A stretch of 64,000 bases of DNA from Macrostomum lignano. Lineage: Eukaryota. Both the position numbers and the translations under genes were made by a program. The number at the start of each line of letters is the position of its first letter. Position 1 is the stretch's first letter. The stretch spans positions 1 through 64,000 of the forward strand of contig NIVC01002536.1 of the NCBI GenBank assembly GCA_002269645.1, given 5' to 3'. Below, one piece after another: positions 1-9,600 of this stretch. The notes under the pieces are model-generated. The model saw only the letters and a list, made by a program, of their open reading frames with translations, did no database searches and had not been told where the DNA came from.

Positions 1-264
1 CAGCTAGGTGAATCCCTAGGTTACACATGTATGCTTGGTGACAAAAAGTAGAATCTTAGTAAGACAGAAGTTAGACCTAGAACAATTGTAATTATAGTCT
101 GTGCTATATTCTATAAAAAACTAGGCCTAAATGCAAAAAAAAACATGTCAAAGTAATTATTCTTTATAATGATAACAATGCACTATTATATAAGCTATCA
201 AATAAACACTGCTAAAGTCAATCACTTTCATAATATATCTACTATTCCAGTAAAATAAAAAGTA

Positions 265-352
265 ATGGCGAAGAATATGGCGAATCTCCCGAAGACTATG
301 GCGAATCTCCCGAAGAATATGGCGAATCTCCCCGAGAATATGACGAATCGCC
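265..352. repeat. 21-bp minisatellite, ~4 copies (TATGGCGAATCTCCCGAAGAA)
   Basis: Unit directly visible; produces the spurious RHILREI repeat in ORF 157..360. Confidence 0.85.
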
Positions 353-375
353 ATGCGCACATTACATACGCTCGT

Positions 376-715
376 ATCTAAGCTAATTTACCTGAGCACA
401 TTGCATATCTAAGCTAATTTACCTGAGCACATTGCATATCTAAGCTAATTTACCTGAGCACATTGCATATCTAAGCTAATTACCTGAGCACATTGCATAT
501 CTAAGCTAATTTACCTGAGCACATTGCATATCTAAGCTAATTTACCTGAGCACATTGCATATCTAAGCTAATTTACCTGAGCACATTGCATATCTAAGCT
601 AATTTACCTGAGCACATTGCATATCTAAGCTAATTTACCTGAGCACATTGCATATCTAAGCTAATTTACCTGAGCACATTGCATATCTAAGCTAATTTAC
701 CTGAGCACATTGCAT
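376..715. repeat. 31-bp minisatellite, 11 copies (ATCTAAGCTAATTTACCTGAGCACATTGCAT)
   Basis: Unit starts at 376, 407 ... 685; near-perfect copies, one with a 1-nt deletion. Confidence 0.95.
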
Positions 716-749
716 CTGGGAAAATCTTTCTGAACAACAGAAAAAATTA

Positions 750-1141
750 TGATATCGGGTCTTGCAGAATCAGCGTCAGGGCGCATCTGTCTGGGCTTGG
801 ACGCGAACGTAGGCCTCGCGCTGACGCGAATCTGGGGCTCCGGGGATCTTGCGGCCTGCCAGCAGGAGTCGCCAGCATCGGAACAGGTCGGCGCGGTGCA
901 TAAGACTACGGTTTTCAGCGTGTTGGCCACCAAGCATGCCGAGCCGCCTTGACGGTTCGCGTCGACCCACGCGTCACCGCAACAGAAGTTCTCGTCGAAG
1001 GAAGAGCAGTTCGCAGCGTACAGTGAAGCACCAGAACGAACCGGAACGGCGCCTAACAAATTCCCTGAAGCACCTCAGAGGATATGTTAGCACAGCAGCC
1101 TTCATAACACGGCACATCGTTTTGGTTGCAGAAAGCAGCTG
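750..1141 (-). CDS. Probable coding exon(s) of an unidentified Cys-rich protein
   Basis: GC-rich island between two arrays. Frame of ORF 697..1059 has strong G/C third positions (AANCSSFDENFCCGDAWVD...CTAPTCSDAGDSCW); a second Cys-rich stretch (FCNQNDVPCYEGCC) follows an AG at ~1142. Family not recognised, splicing unresolved. Confidence 0.3.
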
Positions 1142-1177
1142 CTCTGGTATAATTGAGACATCTGAACAAATCTACAT

Positions 1178-2322
1178 GAGCATATGGCATCTGAGCATAT
1201 GGCATCTGAGCATATGGCATCTGAGCATATGGCATCTGAGCATATGGCATCTGAGCATATGGCATCTGAGCATATGGCATCTAAGCATATGCATCTGAGC
1301 ATATGGCATCTGAGCATATGGCATCTGAGCATATGGCATCTGAGTATATGGCATCTGAGCAAATAGGATCTGAGCATATGGCATCTAAGCATATGGCATC
1401 CGAGCATATGGCATCTGAGCATATGGCATCTGAGCATATGGCATCTGAGCAAATAGGATCTGAGCATATGGCATCTGAGCATATGGTATCTGAGCAAATA
1501 GGATCTGAGCATATGGCATCTGAGCATATGGCATCTGAGCATATGGCATCTGAGCATATGGCATCTGAGCATATGGCATCTGAGCATATGGCATCTGAGC
1601 AAATAGGATCTGAGCATATGGCATCTGAGCAAATAGGATCTGAGCATATGGTATCTGAGCATATGGCATCTGAGCATATGGCATCTGAGCATATGGCATC
1701 TGAGCATATGGCATCTGAGCATATGGCATCTGAGCAAATAGGATCTGAGCATATGGCATCTGAGCAAATAGGATCTGAGCATATGGCATCTGAGCATATG
1801 GCATCTGAGCAAATAGGATCTGAGCATATGGCATCTGAGCATATGGCATCTGAGCAAATAGGATCTGAGCATATGGCATCTGAGCATATGGTATCTGAGC
1901 AAATAGGATCTGAGCATATGGCATCTGAGCATATGGCATCTGAGCATATGGCATCTGAGCATATGGCATCTGAGCATATGGCATCTGAGCATATGGCATC
2001 TGAGCAAATAGGATCTGAGCATATGGCATCTGAGCAAATAGGATCTGAGCATATGGTATCTGAGCATATGGCATCTGAGCATATGGCATCTGAGCATATG
2101 GCATCTGAGCATATGGCATCTGAGCATATGGCATCTGAGCAAATAGGATCTGAGCATATGGCATCTGAGCAAATAGGATCTGAGCATATGGCATCTGAGC
2201 ATATGGCATCTGAGCAAATAGGATCTGAGCATATGGCATCTGAGCATATGGGATCTGAGCATATGGCATCTGAGCATATGGCATCTGAGCATATGGCATC
2301 TGAGCATAAGGCATCTCAGCAT
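1178..2322. repeat. 15-bp minisatellite, ~76 copies (GAGCATATGGCATCT with variant GAGCAAATAGGATCT), 405-bp higher-order period
   Basis: Unit visible; the GTATC marker variant recurs at 1651 and 2056 (27 units apart). Confidence 0.95.
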
Positions 2323-3114
2323 GATACCCGAGAAAACACTAGAGCCAAGCAAGCTTCGTGAGTCTTTAATAGTTGTTGAGTATAGGACAAGTTAAAATTA
2401 TTGACAGAAACGTTATTTTCCAGATTCTTAAAAAATTATTGCATGCAGAACTCAAATTACACGTAGAAGTTAATTAAATGTAGGACCTAGAAAGCATCAT
2501 ATCATTTAAAAAATTGATAAGGATAAGTTGCTCGTAACATGAACTATTGTACTTATTTCTGCAGTGTGTACTACGAACAGCAGAAACTTCAAATGAAAAG
2601 ACAAATGCGTTTTAGATGTTTAAAGAAAAAAACTTCATTGGTGAAGTGAATCAGCTGCCGATCACAATCAAACATCTTGTCAGCAGTGATGCACAACATG
2701 CTTGTTCAGCCAAATCGTTATCTCAAAGCAGCGAACTTGAACTCGACCTGAGGTGTCCAGACAGCCCTCTCCAATCTCAAACTCAACTTTTAGACTTCTA
2801 TAAATGGAATAAACAATTTTAGCGACTCAAACCTTTAGCTATTGTTCTCAAACTACTTGAGAAGCTCAGTGTGTGCTTTCTATAACACATTGCATGCAGG
2901 CGGGCAGGCCAACAAATTCAATTCAAATGCAGTAGTATTCAAGTTCAATGCCCTCAGAGCCTTGGCAATGAGTGGCAAATGGACAATAAAGCTAAAAGAT
3001 GGCTAAGACATACTGTAAGGGTCTAACCATCCAAGAAAAGACGGCAGCACGTGAAGGGGACACAGCGGAGCCCTCGGCATTCCAGCGACCGGAAAAACGT
3101 GCTGATTTCTACAC

Positions 3115-3122
3115 TATAAATA
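3115..3122 (+). promoter_or_regulatory. TATA box (TATAAATA) of the peptide gene
   Basis: Canonical TATAAATA ~100 nt upstream of the ATG at 3222. Confidence 0.5.
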
Positions 3123-3221
3123 CAGGGCCCTTGGATGCCCAGCAGACAACCAAGCAGCCAAGGCTAGATAACTCTACCAGCTTCTCAGCTTCATCAGGCT
3201 ACAGCTCTTAACTTCTTCATC

Positions 3222-3491
3222 ATGAGGTGGCAGTTTGTTCTCGGACTCCTGCTGTGCGCAGCTCTGGCCGCCGCCAGACCCAACAGCCAGGAGAACAGCC
3301 AAGAGGACGCGGAGGCGATGGCGGCGCTGGAGGCTCTGGCCGACATGGACGAGCCGGAGATGACGGACGAGAAGGCCGCCGAGCTGCAGAAGAAGTGGCT
3401 CCTTCGCCGCATCCGCATCAGGTGGAGGAGGGTGCTCCGCGTTGCCAGCAGGGTCTACAGGATCTACCGCTACCTGCCGATAGGCAAGTAG
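3222..3491 (+). CDS. Secreted prepro-peptide, 89 aa; putative cationic antimicrobial peptide precursor
   Basis: Signal peptide (aa 1-18), acidic pro-region (12 D/E in aa 24-54), KK site (57-58), 29-aa mature region with 10 Arg and no acidic residue, C-terminal G-K amidation signal; high GC3; TATA upstream, AATAAA downstream. Confidence 0.8.
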   Translation: MRWQFVLGLLLCAALAAARPNSQENSQEDAEAMAALEALADMDEPEMTDEKAAELQKKWLLRRIRIRWRRVLRVASRVYRIYRYLPIGK

Positions 3492-3646
3492 GTAGACTGC
3501 AGGCAGGTGCTCCGCTGCACCCACTGACCTCGGACACGGACCGGACACCGCCCATGATCGCCGGCCTTTCAACTGTGGGACTCAATCAGATTATTTCTAG
3601 TTGCTAACCATGTACTGTAACTGTATTGTTGACTGAAATATAATTT

Positions 3647-3652
3647 AATAAA
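3647..3652 (+). terminator. Polyadenylation signal AATAAA of the peptide gene
   Basis: First AATAAA downstream of the stop at 3491. Confidence 0.55.
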
Positions 3653-3669
3653 GTATTCCCTACACTGAG

Positions 3670-6600
3670 ACTACTAAGCAACGGCAGATGGCTTGATTTT
3701 GGAGGTGAGGTGGGTGTCAACCCTCCTCGCCTCTCATTGGCTGGCGCCCCGATCACTAGGTGATCGATACCCGTATCGATATCGGCGACTCGAACCCGCG
3801 ACCCTCCCCAGCCGCAGGCGCACCTACCGATATTAGATCCCAATAAATCAATCAGATCCCAAATCAATCAGATCCCAAATCAATCAGATCCCAAGCGCAC
3901 CCTCCCGAGCCGCAGGCGCCCATGCAGCAGGCGCCCATGCCGCAGGCACCCCGAGTGTACACTCTCCCGATATGTGTGTACACCGATATGTAGTCATCGA
4001 TACGGGCCTCTTCCCCTCTCTCACCTACATCTCAACTAGCGAAATCGAACCCAGGTCGCGCCCATACTAGGACACTACACGGTTGTGGGGTATAGGGAGC
4101 GAGAAGTTTCAACCCTAACGCTGACGCAGCCCTGTACAGTGAGAGTGTACGGGCAGAGAGGGGTGGGGCGGACAGAGAACCAGCCACTAGGTTGTTATAC
4201 TGTTGAAGCATAGGGAGCGAGAAGTTTTAACCCCGATGCTGACGCAGCCCTGTACACTGAGCGTGTACGGGCAGAGGGTGGGTGGAAAGAGATGTGAATA
4301 ACACAGCCTGCTGCAGGAGCCGGATAGAGAGGCGCATGCTAGGACAGAGAGGTAGTGTGAGTCACACACACCCCACAGAGAAAGCCATACAGAGGATAGA
4401 GAGCTCCCTCCCCAGTTGCAGGGGACAGAGAGGCAGGCAGGGTATGCAGGGGCATGCGAACCGTCAAGGGGCCACGCGAGGATAGAGTGGAGGAGCAGAG
4501 ATGTGTTTGGACAGAGAGCCAGCCACGTGTGCGTAGTGTGAGGGAACAGAAACATATGGAGCAGGAGGGAGATAGGAAGCAAACGCGCAGGGTAAGGGAG
4601 CCATGCAGCAGGGAGCAGTGTACAGTGAGACACGGGCAGGGGTGGAGCCGTGCGTGGACAGAGCTGAACGGCACGGTCAGCTGCAGGAATAGGATGATAG
4701 AGAGGCGCGGAGGGGGACAGAGAGCAGTGTGCAGGGTAGGCAGCCACGCAGGCTGGGGAACAGAGAGGCGCGTGTCAGCCAGTTACAGCCCGGGACAGAG
4801 AAGTATGAAGGGGGGCCTGGGACAGAGAAGTATGAAGGGGGGCCTGGGACAGAGTTGCGAGCAAGGCACAGAGAGAGGTAGGGTCCGGTAGCTATGTATA
4901 GGCAGGGACCCACGCGAGGGCAGGACAGGGCATGCAAGGCATGCAAATTACATGCAAGGGCAGTGAGGTGTGCGCGGAGGGAGACAGAGAGCAGTGTGTA
5001 GGGGTAGGTAACAGCAAACTTTAGTAGAGGCGCGTGCGGGGACGGAGAAACCAGTCTGAGCGTACAGAGACGTTACAGAGAGGTACACAAACAGAGACCA
5101 AAGCGGGCAGAGCACGTGTAGGGACAGAGACGTGAGGGAGAATAGACCAAAACACGCTATGTATTTTCAAAAGTTGGTTTTAGTGCAGCATATTTAATAG
5201 CGGGTAGTATAATAGTATGTACATAGTAGGTATAATGGTAGTAATAATAGTAAGTATATTAGCCCAAAAGGTAGGCTAAAACAGGCTAAACTGTGTGTAC
5301 GCATCCTCATCACCCCACAAGCCCCCTCTCCCGCCAGACTCACTCTTCCATACCCTCCTGTATTGCTGTATGAAGGAAAATATAGTGTAAAAATACAGAT
5401 CTTAACCGTCAGACCGCTGAAATCAGGGCACACTAGAGGGGTTTCGGGGTCTGCATGCTCTATGTAAGCTGTTTCAATTATGTTTTGAAAAAACTAGGGG
5501 CTTAAATACAACGTTTTATTCAAAAAGTAGGTTATTTTAATGAAATAGCTGACACAATCATTGTCGAGAGTAGAAATTTTTATAAGAAACCAGGCATTTT
5601 AGCAAAAATAAACCTTCAAACCACATAAAATTGAATAAAAAGCAGACATTTTCAATTATAAACCGCAAGTATTTTAATAGAAAAGTAAGCAAACAAGGCA
5701 CAAAACCAGCAAATTTTACCTTTTTATTTTAATGTTACTGATAAGGTAGAGAGTAGAAACTTGTGAGCTGTACGGAGTTAGAAAGTATTAACCATTATGT
5801 ATCGTATGAATTATTAGTTCAGTACCAGCCATTGGTCAAGCGAGCATTTATGAAGTTATTACGAGTGATGAAGGGATAGAGAGCTATATACAGGAAGACA
5901 GTATCCTTCTAAACCACCACGAACAGATTGCTAATAGAGATAAGCTTTGTCTGTGTGCAGTATGAGTAAGCGAAGGCGGGGCAAATACTTTTCCACATGC
6001 CGGACAGAACAGTATTGTGCTAGGATTTCTCTCGAAATCACGGTACGTTACTAGTTTTTATCACACCATCCAGATGCGTCAACTAGTCAGCAGTAGTCAT
6101 TTATATGTTATTAGAACTTACAAACCCAGGTCAAGTAAATATTACAAAGAGTATATTACGTACACACGCCAACTCCGAATACCAAGCCATACTAGTCTAC
6201 TTGCAGTGCTCCTGGAGGGAAGGGACGGCGGGGTGTACATCCGGCAGGGTGGGCGTCCAGCGAGTGTACATCTGACAGGATGGGTGTTCAGCAAGTGTAC
6301 ATCTGACAGGGTGGGCGTTCAGCAAGTGTACCTTCAGCGTCGAGTAGGTGTACACCCGTCAGTGGGGAACTCCACCCCTCCCACCAATGTCGTGTGCATG
6401 CGGTTAGTCAGTATAGTGGTGGGGTAGACGGTGCAGGAAGGAAACCCAGATGCTGACGCTGCCCTGTACAGCGAGCAACCAGCCCCCTGTAGCAGGAGGG
6501 GGACAGAGAGTGCGTGGAGGCAGTAGGAGATAGAGGACGCTACCCGGCATGTCGCAGCACGCGGCGCGGGACAGAGGCAGTGTGTAAGTCACCCCGCGGA

Positions 6601-9600
6601 GAGAGCTCCCCTGGCAGGAGGCGCGGGACAGAGAGGCGGTGAATCACACCCCACGGAGAGAGCCGTACAACGAGCTTCCCCACCCGAGTCCGGTAAATAT
6701 TACAGAGTATTACGTGCACACGCCAGCCCTGAATACCAAGCCATACTAGTCTACCTGCAGTGCTCCCAGAGGGAAGGGATGGTCAGGAGTTACACACCAA
6801 GAATGCATTCATACAAAGAGTACACAACTCGAGCCCAGACACCAAGTCACAGTCTACTTACAGTAGAGATGGTAGATTAATAGCAAGATTATATTACAAT
6901 TAGACCTCCCTAGCACATGAGGAGTGAAATTCAATAATAATTGAATTCAATAATAATACAACATTTAGACGTAGTAATTTAATTACAAAATACCACTAAC
7001 ACTGAGCCAACGAATTGTAGGTTACAAAGGAGTTGCCACTCATATGGAAAGCCAGTATAATGCAGGTGTGTATTATTAAAACATAGACAAAAACGATGCA
7101 GACGTATATACACACTATTGATTTTGTACATGTACATTTCGGCATATTACCACACATCGCGGGCACATATTATATATCGGGGGATAGGTTAAAATACACA
7201 CATCGTAGATGTAGAAGCAGACACAATGCAGGAAAATTATGATACGAGTGTACATATTAGTGCGTAAAAGTATCATATTATGACACCCTGTAGCACATAT
7301 TGACATAATGCAGGGGAAAATATTGACAGAAATAGTACACAATTGTAGAGGTAACAACCAGCCAACTAGTAAGGGCATCCAGCACTTGTTCAGGTTTTTT
7401 TTATTTCGAGACGAGTGTCATGCCCCCGCAAGAGATCTTATCAGAAATTTGTTGAACTCCACTGCAACTCTCCCCAGAACCTCCAAATGGGAGTTTTAAC
7501 ACTTGAGGGATCCCGCTCAATGTACAGTGCGGACGGAGAGGGGTAACAGAAAGCGCTGCATCAGACCGCGGAGCTGCATTCCTCCCCCGAGGTAGGCGCG
7601 TCAGCTCCCACTCCTCATTTAACCATCAAGTAAACTAAAGAAGTCAAGCAGAAAGCCTTACAATCACCCGCAACCAGCACAAGTAAGAGTACTTTCCACT
7701 AGAGAGCCATAGTGCAAGATTCGCGAGCCAAGTTGAAGAAGCACACCAAATTACACTAAAGACATATGTATTAAAAAGCATACCGGCACCTCTACAAAAA
7801 CACAGTATGTACCGATTAAAGTTGCTTTTGGTGCAGTGTATTTAATAAAAAGCAGGTACCTAACACAAAAGTAGGCATCAATGCAGTGCACGGGCTAAAC
7901 TGTATTTACAAACGCAGGGCAACGAACTACACACAATGTAGCGCATAGACATAATTGTACACATAAATGTACGCAATTTCCGGTATATAGGACCAAATGT
8001 ACGCAAATGTACACAATGTACACAAACACACACACACTCAGGCGTATTCACAGCAAGAGCTTCCTGCCGATGGCGCCATCGCCTGCGGCGATCGGTGCTG
8101 CAGGATGCGCTGCAGGATGCGCCTGAGTGTGTGTGTGTTTGTGTGCATTGTGTACATTTGCGTACATTTGGTCCTATATACCGGAGATTGCGTACATTTA
8201 TGTGTACAATTATGTCTATGCGCTACATTGTGTGTAGTTCGTTGCCCTGCGTTTGTAAATACAGTTTAGCCCGTGCACTGCATTGATGCCTACTTTTGTG
8301 TTAGGTACCTGCTTTTTATTAAATACACTGCACCAAAAGCAACTTTAATCGGTACATACTGTGTTTTTGTAGAGGTGCCGGTATGCTTTTTAATACATAT
8401 GTCTTTAGTGTAATTTGGTGTGCTTCTTCAACTTGGCTCGCGAATCTTGCACTATGGCTCTCTAGTGGAAAGTACTCTTACTTGTGCTGGTTGCGGGTGA
8501 TTGTAAGGCTTTCTGCTTGACTTCTTTAGTTTACTTGATGGTTAAATGAGGAGTGGGAGCTGACGCGCCTACCTCGGGGGAGGAATGCAGCTCCGCGGTC
8601 TGATGCAGCGCTTTCTGTTACCCCTCTCCGTCCGCACTGTACATTGAGCGGGATCCCCTCAAGTGTTAAAACTCCCATTTGGAGGCTCTGGGGAGAGTTG
8701 CAGTGGAGTTCAACAAATTTCTGATAAGATCTCTTGCGGGGGCATGACACTCGTCTCGAAATAAAAAAAACCTGAACAAGTGCTGGATGCCCTTACTAGT
8801 TGGCTGGTTGTTACCTCTACAATTGTGTACTATTTCTGTCAATATTTTCCCCTGCATTATGTCAATATGTGCTACAGGGTGTCATAATATGATACTTTTA
8901 CGCACTAATATGTACACTCGTATCATAATTTTCCTGCATTGTGTCTGCTTCTACATCTACGATGTGTGTATTTTAACCTATCCCCCGATATATAATATGT
9001 GCCCGCGATGTGTGGTAATATGCCGAAATGTACATGTACAAAATCAATAGTGTGTATATACGTCTGCATCGTTTTTGTCTATGTTTTAATAATACACACC
9101 TGCATTATACTGGCTTTCCATATGAGTGGCAACTCCTTTGTAACCTACAATTCGTTGGCTCAGTGTTAGTGGTATTTTGTAATTAAATTACTACGTCTAA
9201 ATGTTGTATTATTATTGAATTCAATTATTATTGAATTTCACTCCTCATGTGCTAGGGAGGTCTAATTGTAATATAATCTTGCTATTAATCTACCATCTCT
9301 ACTGTAAGTAGACTGTGACTTGGTGTCTGGGCTCGAGTTGTGTACTCTTTGTATGAATGCATTCTTGGTGTGTAACTCCTGACCATCCCTTCCCTCTGGG
9401 AGCACTGCAGGTAGACTAGTATGGCTTGGTATTCAGGGCTGGCGTGTGCACGTAATACTCTGTAATATTTACCGGACTCGGGTGGGGAAGCTCGTTGTAC
9501 GGCTCTCTCCGTGGGGTGTGATTCACCGCCTCTCTGTCCCGCGCCTCCTGCCAGGGAGCTCTCTCCGCGGGGTGACTTACACACTGCCTCTGTCCCGCGC

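Noticed and set aside
1053-2361. Long ORFs (416, 352, 309 aa) of MPYAQ/MASEH/LRCHM repeats
   Set aside because: Stop-free translations of a 15-bp array that is open in several frames on both strands.
7520-8650. Hammerhead ribozyme in the GC-rich inner arm segment
   Set aside because: The closest word is CTGATGC, not the CUGAUGA core, and no properly placed GAAA stem is seen.
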